Assembly (NCBI RefSeq): GCF_041956535.1 | Contig: NW_027192202.1 | Coordinates: forward strand, 598,840 to 662,839 | Length of the DNA: 64,000 nucleotides | Direction: 5' to 3' | Origin: Calcarisporiella thermophila CBS 279.70 | Lineage: Eukaryota > Fungi > Calcarisporiellomycota | In this document: positions 52,991-64,000 of the stretch, in pieces | How positions within the stretch are numbered: the first letter of the stretch is position 1 | Layout of the letters: each line of letters opens with the position of its first letter | Position numbers and translations under genes: made by a program | The notes under the pieces: model-generated | Seen by the model: only the letters and a program-made list of their open reading frames with translations | The model's database searches: none | Told to the model about the DNA's origin: nothing

Positions 52991-54174
52991 TCACCCGTCT
53001 TCTTCACTTGGAGGCCACTTGGCTAGCGAATACTCGGCCCACGCCGGCATCTCCCTCAACCCGTTGGGCTTATCTTCGTGCCCATAATTTACATCCGCCA
53101 TCCTCCGTAGTTGATTCAATAGTCTTGACGCCTCTGCAAACCAATGGTCTCGTTCTCTCTTCAAGTCAAGTTTCTGGAGCTGAAGCTCTTGTATCTGCAG
53201 GTTTAGGTTTTGGTTAATCTTATCAAGCTCGAGTGCTGCCCGCCGAGATTCCTCGAGCTCATCCCGAAGCTGCTCACGTTCTCGAAGAAGGCGATTGCTC
53301 TGTTTAACCCAGATGAACGGATTGCCAATACTATTGTCGAGAGAGGAGAGTGAGAGTCGTTTGCTGCTGTGGTCAATTGAGGGAGTAGAGGGAGGGGGAG
53401 GATCACATGGAGCGGAGGAATCGCTGTATAGCCCATATTTGTGTAAAAGAGCCTTGAAATCAAGGCCGTTGGCGGTTGCGGTGGAAGGGGAGTGGGCTGG
53501 CTCTGTTTTGGACCGAGAAGGCGGCGGAAGTGAAAGCCGCTTGTAATGCTTTTCTTTATGCTTCGATTCAGGGGTTCTGATCTATAATTAAAAAAAATTG
53601 TGTAAATAGAATCATGTTACCAATATTAGTACGGCTAGGTTGAACCTTGGGATATCCATCGGATGAATCATAGTTACTATTGAGTATAATGAAGACGGTC
53701 AGCCCATTGGATTAAGAGTATGGCCAGCAGGTACTCTGAGAATATAAAATAAAAAAACTTGTGTACCTTTCAGGTATAGTTCCAAGCGTATCACCACTGG
53801 TTAACGAACATATGCTTGTCCTTGCATTGGAAGTTATATTCGAAGATCCGGAGGAAGATGCTGAAGTAGAACGGTGCCGATACTCGCTTGAAGTGCGGCG
53901 CAATTTGCACTCTTCATCTCCGTTGGCAGGAGGCCTTTGTTGAAATGAGTAAGAACGTCGGAGAAAGCGCTGAACATCGACATCAGTTAATTCAGGGGGG
54001 GTATCGGTGATGATAGAACTGCGTCGTCTTTGAAAGTTTCGTAGCTATTTGAAATAGCATATGTTAGTCTAACCAAGCAAAAAAAAGCAGCAAGCATTAT
54101 GCTCACACCTTTCGTCGAGCAGCTGCAAGAAGCTCTTCACGGGACAAGGTATCTCTTTGACCATCTGGTATCAT
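52991..54174 (-). CDS. Coiled-coil protein with golgin-like (GM130/Bug1-type) N-terminal motif; not in ORF track
   Basis: Exon 1 MIPDGQRDTLSREELLAAARRK|LRNFQRRR; long open last exon with heptads LLREREQLRDELEESRRAALELDKINQNLNLQIQELQLQKLDLKRERD; one donor (GTTCAA) is weak. Confidence 0.6.
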
Positions 54175-54454
54175 TCTTTATATGTTTTAAAAATGGAGTT
54201 ACTAAGATTGAAAAGTGTTAATTGTAGGATGCATCGGGAGTGAGCAGTGGGTGGATTATGAAAGAGATGAGCAAATACTGAGGAGGTATAATTAAAGTTT
54301 GCAACGGACGCAGTGCTTTGTGGTGCGTCACAAGAGTGGCGCAGTGGCCCTTCTAACCAGTCACAATTTTACACGAAAATGTCTGAAATTCTTCTCTGCT
54401 TTTCTTTTTCTATTTCTCGCAATTCCCCCAGGTACATCTTCTCATTATTGCCAA

Positions 54455-57027
54455 ATGAGATACCCAAAGTTCTTCTTTCTCTTTCTAGCAGTCTTATGTC
54501 TGCTTAGTGTTGCTCGAGCAGATAATGCATCGACGGCTAACGAGGAGGAGGTAATACTGCCCAGCCTGACTCCTGAGCAGCAAGAGAAACTCAAGACCAC
54601 CGAAGAGACCTTCCAGTTTCAGGTAAGAAATGGCGAGGCCAAGCTGAAGAAGAAGAGGGATCCAAGGTTAGGATGTGAGCACCGACCGCTGACGTCGCAA
54701 CTTCATTCCCCTTTTTAGGCTGAAGTGAGCCGACTGATGCATCTCATTATCAATTCTCTCTACAAAACCCGCGAAATTTTCCTCCGTGAACTCATCTCAA
54801 ACGCGTCCGATGCTCTCGACAAGATTCGCTTTTTGGCACTCACGGATAAAGACGCTCTTTCCACGAACCCGACCCTGAATATCACAATTGCTGCGGATAA
54901 AAAAAGGCGAACCTTGACCATCACAGACTCTGGTATAGGCATGACCAAGCAGCAATTACGCGATAATCTCGGTACCATCGCTAAGTCTGGAACATCTGAG
55001 TTTATCGCCGCGCTTGAGGAGAATAAGAACAAAGGAGTTGCGGACTCGTCCAATCTTATTGGTCAATTCGGGGTGGGATTCTACTCGGCTTTCTTGGTTG
55101 CAGACCGCATAGTAGTCGCGTCAAAACACAACAATGACCCCGTCCAGCATATTTGGGAGTCCCGTGCAGTCAATGACTTTAAGATTGCTGAGGATCCGCG
55201 TGGAAATACCCTTGGCCGTGGAACACAGATCACGTTGCATTTTAAGGAAGATGCGGTCGAGTTCTTGGGGGAAGAGGTGCTGCAGGGTCTTGTGGGGAAG
55301 TATTCGGAGTTCATCAACTTCCCCATCTATCTTCAGGTGACCCGTAAGGAAGTCGTGAAGAAAGATGAGGCTGCCAAGGAGGAGAAGGAGAGTGCAGAGG
55401 AGTCGGAGGATGAGGTGAAGGTGGAGGACGCCAAGAAGGAAAAGGGACCAGAGGAAACGGTTGAGGTAAAGCAATGGGAGCTGATGAACACCCAGAAGCC
55501 GATCTGGATGCGAGACTCGAAGGAGGTGACGAAAGAGGAGTACCACGAATTTTACAAAACGTTGACAAAAGATTTCAACGATCCCATCACATATTCACAT
55601 CTTAAAGGTGAGGGGGAAGTTGACTTCCGTGCCCTCCTGTACATTCCCTCGAAGGCCCCCTCCCAATTCTACTCCCAACAGTCTGGGGAGACTCGCAACG
55701 TGAAGTTGTTTGTGAAGCGTGTGTTCATCACGGATGAGTTTGGCGAGGAGGGCTTTTTGCCACGCTATCTCAAGTTCATACGCGCTCTGGTCGACGCAGA
55801 TGACTTGCAACTCAATGTATCACGCGAGACGCTGCAGCAACACAAAGCTCTGCGTTTCATCAAGCGTTATCTGACCAAGAAAGCCCTGGACTTGGTTGCC
55901 GCGCTGGGTCGAACCGAGGACTACCCCGCCTTTCTAAAAGAATTCGGCACCTCCCTCAAGCTCGGAATCATTGAGGATAACGAAAACCGCGCAAAGCTTG
56001 CGAAGTTGCTCCGGTTCCCGACCAGCAAGTTTTCCGATGGCAATCTCACCTCGCTCGAAGATTATGTATCACGCATGCGTGAGGGTCAAAACATGATCTA
56101 CTATTTGGGTGGAGGATCCCTTGACGAGGTGAGGCAGTCGCCGTTTTTGGAGCGGTTGTTGCAACGAGGATATGAGGTCTTGTTCATGGTGGAGCCCATC
56201 GATGAGATTTTGCTTTCATACATGCCAGCCTATGACGGAAAAATGTTCCACAACCTTGCGAAGGGAGAACTGAAACTGAAGGAGGATGAGGCCGAGGATT
56301 CCAAGAAGAAGGAGGAGGAATTGAAGACCCGATTCAAGCCATTGGTGGAGTGGTTGCAAACGGTTTTAAGTGACTACGTTGAAAAGGGTAAGTTAAATTG
56401 ACAGTTCCTATTTAATGTGTTACCACCCCGGGGTTATTCATGGATTACACCATCACACTAGTGACCATTTCAAACCGGTTGACCACGTCGCCGTGCGCCA
56501 TCGTTGCGGCCGACTTTGGCTGGTCCGGGAATCTGGAGCGGATCATGGCGGCGCAGGCACTGCAACAGAAGGACGAGATGGCTCATCAGGTGGTGATGGG
56601 GATGAAGAAGCGGCTTGAAATTAATCCCTACCACCCGGTTATCTCAGAGCTCCTCCGGAGTGTCGAGGATGGTGAAGCTACGCAGGAGACGCGCGAGCTC
56701 GCCGTTGTATTATATGAGACCACTGCGATTCGCAGCGGTTACATGATCAAGGATCCGTTGCGGTTTGCGTCCCGCGTGGAGGCCCTCATTCGGAGTAATC
56801 TGGGGGTTGGCCTGGAGGCGAAGGCTGAGGTCCCATCTTCTCCAGCGCCCTCGGAAAGCGAGACCGGTAAGGACACGGCGGCCAAGAAGGTAGCTGAGGA
56901 AAAAGGGAAGCCGGAGGAGGCGAAGGACGATGACTGGGACGCTTGGGAGAAGCAGCTGACCGAGGACGAGAAGGGGAACGAGAAGGGGAACGAGAAGGAA
57001 AAGAAGCCGGAGCACGATGAACTGTAG
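54455..57027 (+). CDS. HSP90B1: ER Hsp90 (GRP94/endoplasmin)
   Basis: Signal peptide; FQ-AEVSRLM, EIFLRELISNASDALDKIRF, LGTIAKSGT, IGQFGVGFYS, LNVSRETLQ; C-terminal HDEL. Confidence 0.95.
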
Positions 57028-57725
57028 AGGACCCCGTATGCGGGGGAATAGACCTTTAATTGTATTGAAAGTGTCATGAATTTGTTCATAAATAGTAAAG
57101 ACTTTGAATTCACACCATGAATGGAAAAATAGCAGAGCTCCTGTGCGGGTGGGGAGGGGAGAGGAAGAAGGGGAAGCCCCGCCGTCCCACATGAGACGTA
57201 CCAGGGATTCTACTGCGCCGGTGTGAGCAACATAGGAAATGAAACCAAGGTTGGACAAGGCGCGATTCTTGTTTCCTAATGAGAGGAGGATTCTGGTGTT
57301 ACCCCATTCAGAAGTTCGGGCAAAATGGGATTCGTCCCGAGTTAAAGTTATTACTCGAGACAGGGTTGTGCATTAGGTCACTTGCCGCACAGGCTCTTGA
57401 CGCTTTTGGCCGCCCGCGAATGGGGGAGTGCGAATAATGTCCGAAAAGGAAGGAGGGCCTTAATCGGGAGAGGCTCCACTGGAAAGGACTGATTCAGGCG
57501 ATCTCCCTCTAGACTTTGATTGTCCTTTATAAACCCAAGCCGGTCTATTTTCCTTTTCCTCGACTAGCCCTGCCTTACCTCCGTCTAAAACCTCTCTTTA
57601 TCTTTCCGGCCGAGTGATTCCATTCCCTCGTCTCTTCTCCATTCTTTCGCCATTCCCTTCCCCTCTGCCGATTACTTCCCCTCTTTTCCCCCGACATTCC
57701 GCTCTCCATTCATCTTTATACTCCG

Positions 57726-58947
57726 ATGGAAGTGCTTGCTTTCTTCGTGGTCTCTCTCTTCGCGGCCGACCACGCCAATGCAGCTCATTTGAACGCATTC
57801 TCCAAGCGCCATGGCGCTGAGCTCGAGAAGAGCGAGAGCGCAGAGGGTAAGCTAATTGAGCTGGCGTTATCCACGCCCTCTCTTCAATTTATCCTAATAT
57901 CCCTGCCCCCACTCTAGAGATAGCCCAAATGTGCTCCAGAATCCGCCTGGGAAAGTACGATATGCGTATGCATATAGCAGGCCTCTTTATCATCCTTGGG
58001 GTTAGTGCTCTCGGCGTATTTACTCCCATGATAATCAAGCGTATAAAGCGGATGGAGGTGGTCAGCTCTCTCATGACGACTCTAAAGTTTTTCGGAATCG
58101 GAATTATCATTGGAACGACGTATGTGCTTCTCCTTTTCCTGCTGACTTGTTACCTCAGCGATTGACTTGGATTGTTTGATATAGGTTTATTCACATGCTT
58201 GTGGATGCTTTCGAGAGCTTTGCAAGCCCCTGTATGCCCGAGTTTTTCCAAGGCTATCCCTGGGCGCCTATTTTCTGCCTTATCGCCATCGTGTTTATCC
58301 ATCTGGTTCAATTCATTCTAACGGAGCAGGCCCGAAACAGCAGTGTGGACTCTCCACGGGGGAGCTCCATCGTGAACCTCACCCAGGTTGAAACTGCAAC
58401 CGAGAAGAGTCTTCCAATCGAGGTCCACCACCATCATCATGTCCCATACTCTGGCGGCGGCAGCAACTCGAAATACATTGGCACTCTGGTGCTGGAGCTT
58501 GGGCTGGTTCTACACTCCATCGTCATTGGGGTGTCGCTAGGAATCACCAGCGGCAAAGAGTACATTGGCTTGCTGATCGCCATGGCCTTCCATCAATTTT
58601 TCGAGGGGGTTGCGCTTGGGTCCCGTATTTCGGAGATTCCCTCGTCGCTTTGCAACTCGATCATTCTGGGAGCCGTTTTCGCATGCACCACCCCGGTAGG
58701 CTTCGCAATAGGGATCGGGGTACGTAAATCCTATTCGGGCAATTCTGGCGCCGGCCTCGCTATCCAGGCAATATTCGATTCACTTGCCTCGGGACTGCTT
58801 ATCTATGCTTCGTTTGTCGAGCTCCTGGCCTCGGAGGTGAATATGAGCGAAGATTTCCGCAGGCGTAGCACCATCATGAAGATGTGCTGCTTCTTAGCCA
58901 TATATCTTGGGATCGTGGTCATGGCCATCTTAGGTATCTGGGGATAG
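57726..58947 (+). CDS. ZIP family zinc/iron permease (Zrt1/2-like), 3 exons
   Basis: KFFGIGIIIGT-FIHML, His-rich loop HHHHH, LELGLVLHSIVIG, FHQFFEGVALG, DSLASGLLIY. Confidence 0.93.
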
Positions 58948-59256
58948 AGAGGCCACACTTAGAAAGCTCTGTATTTATTAGCCTATTTCAACCGCTGACT
59001 TCCTCCTTGAGAAAAATTCGCGCCCTAAACTCATTTATTGTTGTATATTCTTGCATGTTTTTTTTTCTCTCTAATGATGTGAAATGAAACTTAAAAGCTG
59101 AGGATTCTCAGCCCATTAATACACTACCCTCATTGCTTGTATTTATACATGAGTTCATAATTAAACATTTTACAGCTTACGTCTATTTAAAATGAAAGCA
59201 GTGACTCGAGGGTAAATTCGTTATAATTTTGTTGACAGCAAAAAAAAAGTGAATTG

Positions 59257-59329
59257 AGCCCCCGGCGGGGCTTGAACCCGCAATCTTTGGATTAGAAGTC
59301 CAACGCCTTATCCATTAGGCCACGAGGGC
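59257..59329 (-). tRNA. tRNA-Arg (anticodon TCT), intronless
   Basis: Full cloverleaf GCCCTCG...TTGGA CTTCTAA TCCAA...GCGGG TTCAAGC CCCGC CGGGGGC-T, followed by an oligo-T terminator. Confidence 0.95.
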
Positions 59330-59422
59330 GCTGAGGCGCAGCTTGATTGTGTTATGTTATGTGAAAGATTGGAAAATGTTGAGATAATGTAAGTATCCCA
59401 CTTATCCTATTGCTATCCCTCA

Positions 59423-59521
59423 GATGGGTCGCCCTTGGTTGGCGTAGTGATCTGGGACCCTGGAGCCGAATCACTAGATTGCGGGTTCGATTCCCGTAGG
59501 CGACACCCGTCCACGAGCAAT
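59423..59521 (+). ncRNA. tRNA-derived Pol III-type element A (non-cloverleaf; SINE head or small ncRNA)
   Basis: A box TGGCGTAGTGA (59440-50) and B box GGTTCGATTCC (59484-94) at the same spacing as in the adjacent tRNA-Arg; T-arm intact; no valid anticodon arm. Confidence 0.6.
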
Positions 59522-59712
59522 TTAGTACTTTATGATCGATCAGTTTTTATTTAACAAAGAATATTTATTGAAAAATTTCCTATACAAGTAAAGGGCAGGG
59601 TAGACTTCTACGTCAAAATGATCCTGTTAATGCTCCTGGCCAGCCTTGTAAAGAAGAATTGCTAGTACCGATAAAGTTACAGTATAAGAAGAAGCATATA
59701 CGGAAGAGTTTT

Positions 59713-59815
59713 ATTGCTCGATTTCTAGAGTATGTCCCGGACCATCTCTAGTACTGGTGACGTCGCTGGGAATCGAACCTAGCACACAATGGGTAACTCC
59801 GGGGCTCTTAATCAC
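59713..59815 (-). ncRNA. tRNA-derived element B, 5'-truncated, related to element A
   Basis: Minus strand AGTGATTAAGAGCCCCGGAG...CTAGGTTCGATTCCCAGCGACGTCACCA...CGAGCAAT shares motifs with element A. Confidence 0.5.
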
Positions 59816-60400
59816 TTTTTTTTTTCCTCTAAGGACGCGGGAACTTGCGTCGTGTGGTTTATTTAATATATATTACAAATGTGAGATGTGCTTTCGGACA
59901 GGCTTATTGAGTACTAGAAGAACATGGGATATAGTTTAAAGAGTTCCGTGCTTGGAAATGTCGGATTAAGTGTTCTTGGCTTCCTCGAAATCGAATGCTA
60001 CTTCTTGGCTATCATCGATCCGGATTAGCGAGCTTTTTCCCCATTTTTGCTTGAACCCTTCTTCGTCTTTTTTCCTCTGTGCCTGTATCCATTGTCCTTT
60101 GATTGCTATGATAAGATCTGATAAAAAGATACACTTGAATGCGATGTCCTCATGTTCTTGGTTGTCCATTACAATTGCTATCCTGGTCTTATGTATACTC
60201 CACACCATGATGTCGTGTAACACATGGAAGCTTGTCGATCTTTGCCCTGTGTCTCCTCGTGGAATCCGAAGAGTTTCTCATGGGACTATTAATCACTGTG
60301 CCATCCAAGGACGGCTAGGAAAATCTCTCGATTGCTTTTTTTTGATCAAAAATGAGTCTTTATTGTTTAACAAGACCCTAAAATGCAGTCGTTGCATACT
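59816..60400 (-). mobile_element. 3' remnant of an older L1/Tx1-type LINE (ORF2 C-terminus, 3' UTR, poly(A))
   Basis: QRLHFRVLL and LFGF...HDIMVWSIHKTR resemble the ORF2 tail of the neighbouring LINE; AATAAA, hairpin gacgc-n8-gcgtc and A10 tail (59816-25). Confidence 0.6.
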
Positions 60401-63400
60401 AAGCAGAGCCCTCAAGAGATCCCAAGAAGACCCATGGACAAGAGAATCATATGCCCAACTAGAAAATATCCGCAACCAACTAGCTGCCCATGTTGATAGA
60501 AGTGCCGAAGCACTACGTATCCGATCTCGCCTGAATTGGACAGACCAGGGCGAGAAATCCACAGCATACTTCTACCGCCGCATTGCGGGGAGGAGAGCAG
60601 TCAAAGCAATGACTTCTCTGAAAAGAGCTGACGGAACACGCACTGAAGACCCGAGCGAAATAGCCAGAATGGCCGCCCATTTCTACACAAAGCTTTATAC
60701 TAGGGACCAAACAAGTACAACCGACCAAGACACCATCCTCAATTACGTAGACAAGACTCTATCCGCCGACGACCGCGGAGAACTGGATGAGCCCATCAGT
60801 GAAGAAGCGGTGAGGAAAGCCATTCAACTGGCCCCGAAGAATAAGTCGCCCGATCCGGACGGACTGACGGCGGAATTCTACCAAGCCTTCGAAGAAGAGT
60901 TTGCCCCGACACTTCAGCGGCTCTTCAATGAGGCTCTCATGACGGATAACCCCATGGATTTCTCGAAGAAAGCAACAATAATTCTAATCTACAAGAGAAA
61001 AGGAGATGCCGAATCACTGAGCAACTGGCGACCGATATCCCTCTTAAACGTGGATATTATACTCCTAACGAGATTACTCGCGCGGAGAATACAGAGAGTA
61101 ATCACGTCGATCATCCACCCTGACCAATGTGGCTTCGCCCCGGGACGTCAGGCACAAGAGAACGCCCTTGCAATAAACCAAACAATAGAATATGCAGCTA
61201 AAGAAAATTGCAAAGGGACTTTCCTGTTTCTTGACCAAGCGAAAGCTTAAGATCGAGTAAGCTGGCACTGGATAGAACGATGCCTGGATAAATTCAATTT
61301 CGGTCCACGGTTCCGATCCTTCATCCAGCCCCTACACAACGGATACCAAGCCTCGGTCTCCATAAGTGGATCTCTTACAGCCCCATTCCCAATCACAAGA
61401 GGGGTAAGACAGGGCGACCCCCTGTCCCCATCCCGGGACATTGCTGTCCCAAGACTCCCACGGTCAATCACGACACTCGCGTACGCAGACGACCTGACTG
61501 TCGGAGTGGCTGACCAACAGGATATCACCAATCTCTACCAGCTCATTGACACCTACTCACGAGCGGCAGATGCGAAAATTAACATCGACAAAACGGAGGC
61601 CGTAGCACTCACACCCGCTGCTCGAACTTCCATCGACCCTGGATGCGAATATATACCCGCAGGAGGAGCAATCACATGCCTCGGCATCCCGATCTACCTC
61701 CCATCAGCAGCTAACCCCACACATATGCCAGAACACCCAAGTGAGGTATACTACACAAGCCAGCTATCGAAACTGAGGCAGACGATCCAATCGTGGAGAA
61801 TCCGGAAACTCAGCCTCCTAGGGAAAGTTCATCTGATTAACTCCCGACTCCTATCCAGGATATGGTACGTCGCCATAGTAATCCGCCCTCCTGAATATTT
61901 CTTCAAAGAGCTGGACAAAATCATACGAGAATTTATATGGGATGGACGCGGACCTCAGATCAGCCTTAATCTCCTCGCCAAAACTCGAGAGGAAGGAGGT
62001 CTAGGGCTCGTTCTCCCTCAACACCAAACAACAGCCCTACTTGCCTCATGAATACCAAAGTTCGCAGAGTCACTAAAAAGGCCCAACCAAGACCCAAAAA
62101 CACCTCTGTGGGCAAGCATTCTGAAGCATAATCTCTTGAGCATGTACGCTCCATTCGGATACGAGATGTCCATCTTCGCAACCACCTTCACGTGTGTCAA
62201 ATTCAAACGCAAAGGAGGATTTTGGTACAACTTGTATCAAGCGTGGTGCACTCTCAAAGGCGGCCCGGTCGCGTCACCCCAACTGGTCAACTCTAGATAT
62301 ACTGTCTTTACCCTATACAAATGCCCTTTAATTACAGAACAAGGTCGACAATTTGAGGAGCCGAAACCGCCAACACCACCGTATCTACTAAACGATATCC
62401 TAACCCTCCTTATCAATAGAGGAAGGATAGAATGCAGATCACTCCGGGATAAGCCTTTTTGGAGCGGAACATGCCGATACAATCGGAAATGGAGCGTAGA
62501 TACTCTGCGCAACCCATGGAAAGGCTAAAAAGAGCGTGCGAACGCCGTTATAACGATTTTTCCTTATCATGGGAACACGGATATCTTATCCTGCCTCCCA
62601 ACCTAGTAGTTAGTTCGGCTCCTATAGCCTCCTCAATATCCAGCTTGGCCCGATTGATGATGGTTTCGGATGAGGCTCGAGTGTTTTCAAAATGAAAGGT
62701 AATGCGATCCCGATGGATTTGCCATAATACCGAATCGAAGACGATTTGAGCAGCGTGTCTTACTGTCCTCGGGGCTTCTGGTAGGTCGCCAAGTACGAGA
62801 TTCCTGGGGTTCAGCACCTGAGTGTTTAGGGGGCCTGAGATAGTATTGATACCCCTCTCCGCCCAATGCCACACTGACGTGAGTTCGGGACGTTCGAAGA
62901 AGGTATGACGGATGGTGTCCCTCAGAGCGTTACAACGGGTACATTTCGGGTCATGGCCAGGGATTGTCGAGTTTGTAATTACACGCTCTACGAGGATTCG
63001 CCAGCGTAGTGTGCGGTGTTTTGGGAGGGTTGGCCGTTTTTGGATGGAGGTCCAGACCTTTTCCCATTCCTTCGCCGTGGATGCAACCTCTGGCCAGGAT
63101 TGGGGCGTCAGCGTTTCTGGTTCCGGAGAGCCATTTCGCTGGAAGTGCCTTACCTGTCGGGTGGAGTATTCCAGGACGGGCGCGCCAGCCAGGTGACCGA
63201 GGTGAAGTGGGAAACAAGGAGGCGGATGTTGTCGGGGTATGGCAGAACTTTTCGTGATTTTCTCTGCTAGGTTGGGGGGCAGGATAAGATATCCGTGTTC
63301 CCATGATAAGGAAAAATCGTTATAACGGCGTTCGCACGCTCTTTTTAGCCTTTCCATGGGTTGCGCAGAGTATCTACGCTCCATTTCCGATTGTATCGGC

Positions 63401-63634
63401 ATGTTCCGCTCCAAAAAGGCTTATCCCGGAGTGATCTGCATTCTATCCTTCCTCTATTGATAAGGAGGGTTAGGATATCGTTTAGTAGATACGGTGGTGT
63501 TGGCGGTTTCGGCTCCTCAAATTGTCGACCTTGTTCTGTAATTAAAGGGCATTTGTATAGGGTAAAGACAGTATATCTAGAGTTGACCAGTTGGGGTGAC
63601 GCGACCGGGCCGCCTTTGAGAGTGCATCACGCTT
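60400..63634 (+). mobile_element. Decayed, 5'-truncated L1/Tx1-clade non-LTR retrotransposon ORF2 (RT + zf-RVT) with inverted 3' part
   Basis: GEKSTAYF, KSPDPDGLTAEFY, NWRPISLLNVD, QCGF, DQAKA*DRV, GVRQGDPLSP, YADD, GGLGL; stops at 61248 and 62049; Cys/His knuckle CTRC...HTFF on the minus strand in 62607-63266. Confidence 0.92.
62239..63634. repeat. 368-bp inverted repeat (62239-62606 / 63267-63634) with 660-bp spacer
   Basis: Arms are reverse complements; I see only two substitutions; identical ORFs are reported on both strands. Confidence 0.95.
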
Positions 63635-64000
63635 AAAATCTCTCGAATGCCTTTGTGACTGTCAAATGGATATGTTCGTAACAAAAATCAATTTTCTTTC
63701 AAAATTCTGTCGTGTGCTAGAGAAGGGATATGCTGTAAGCTAGGATAAATAGGCGAATAGTAGCGGTTTCACGGACAATAGTTTGTTACTATTTAATATT
63801 CCGTAGCGAGACTTTGGTTCAGCCTTCGGATTATATTTTCTGTGACTTACTTTACGTAATTTAAGTGTATAAATAGTCTTTAGATCTTAAGTGTTGTAAG
63901 GACAAGAAGTAACAAGAGTATTATTAGTTTCTTTATATTTTCAATCTCTTTTCAAATATCTCCTTAAACTATCTTGAGCACACGAAATTGGTAGCGATGG

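Noticed and set aside
54760-57258. Long antisense ORFs over GRP94 (similar ones over NUO51, the 26.8-kb gene and GH9)
   Set aside because: Expected shadows of codon bias with no protein motifs
59423-59511. tRNA-Sec or intron-containing tRNA interpretation of element A
   Set aside because: No TCA anticodon or long variable arm, and no register gives a canonical D-arm, anticodon loop and acceptor stem together
59755-59772. TGGTGACGTCGCTGGGAA as an LTR primer-binding site
   Set aside because: No LTR ending in CA precedes it, no gag/pol follows, and tRNA similarity extends far beyond 18 nt
59970-60400. N-terminal ~140 aa of the 426-aa ORF
   Set aside because: Antisense read-through of the older LINE remnant, not a real ORF2 N-terminus
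59816-62606. Single twin-primed LINE insertion (head-to-head junction near 60400)
   Set aside because: The minus-strand tail differs strongly from the 3' part that is contiguous with the plus-strand element, so two families are involved
1-64000. CRISPR arrays, rRNA, spliceosomal snRNAs, secondary-metabolite cluster
   Set aside because: No repeat-spacer arrays, signature sequences or backbone synthases seen

Overview
Eukaryotic, intron-rich fungal genomic DNA. The gene content (Zn2Cys6 factor, CYP51, ER Hsp90/GRP94 with HDEL, GH9, AGGF1-like and FBXO31-like genes) suggests an early-diverging, probably Mucoromycota-like fungus; this is inference. Positions 1-39 kb are a compact housekeeping block with short AT-rich GT-AG introns. 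It encodes an AEC/PILS transporter, an FHA/G-patch protein, TBL1/SIF2, PAC3, CYP51, VMA8, AspRS, GPI18, TAF9, an F-box protein, a DUF2470 protein, a PNRC-motif protein, a DUF1749 hydrolase, AHA1, a single-pass membrane protein, complex I 51 kDa, CHMP7, a mini Zn-cluster protein, DUG1 and carnitine acetyltransferase. Positions 39-59 kb are sparser and more GC-rich: GH9, a peroxiredoxin-like/SelU-family gene, a secreted protein, a 7TM receptor, a structured GC-rich island, a coiled-coil gene missed by the ORF track, GRP94 and a ZIP permease. Positions 59.2-63.6 kb form a Pol III/retroelement island. It contains an intact tRNA-Arg(TCT), two related tRNA-derived non-cloverleaf elements facing each other, and an old L1/Tx1-type LINE 3' end whose poly(A) abuts and truncates one of them. 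It also holds a second decayed L1/Tx1 LINE carrying a 368-bp near-perfect inverted duplication. The N gap at 30689-31132 is probably spurious. Gene boundaries were assembled by eye from splice signals, and no database searches were run.
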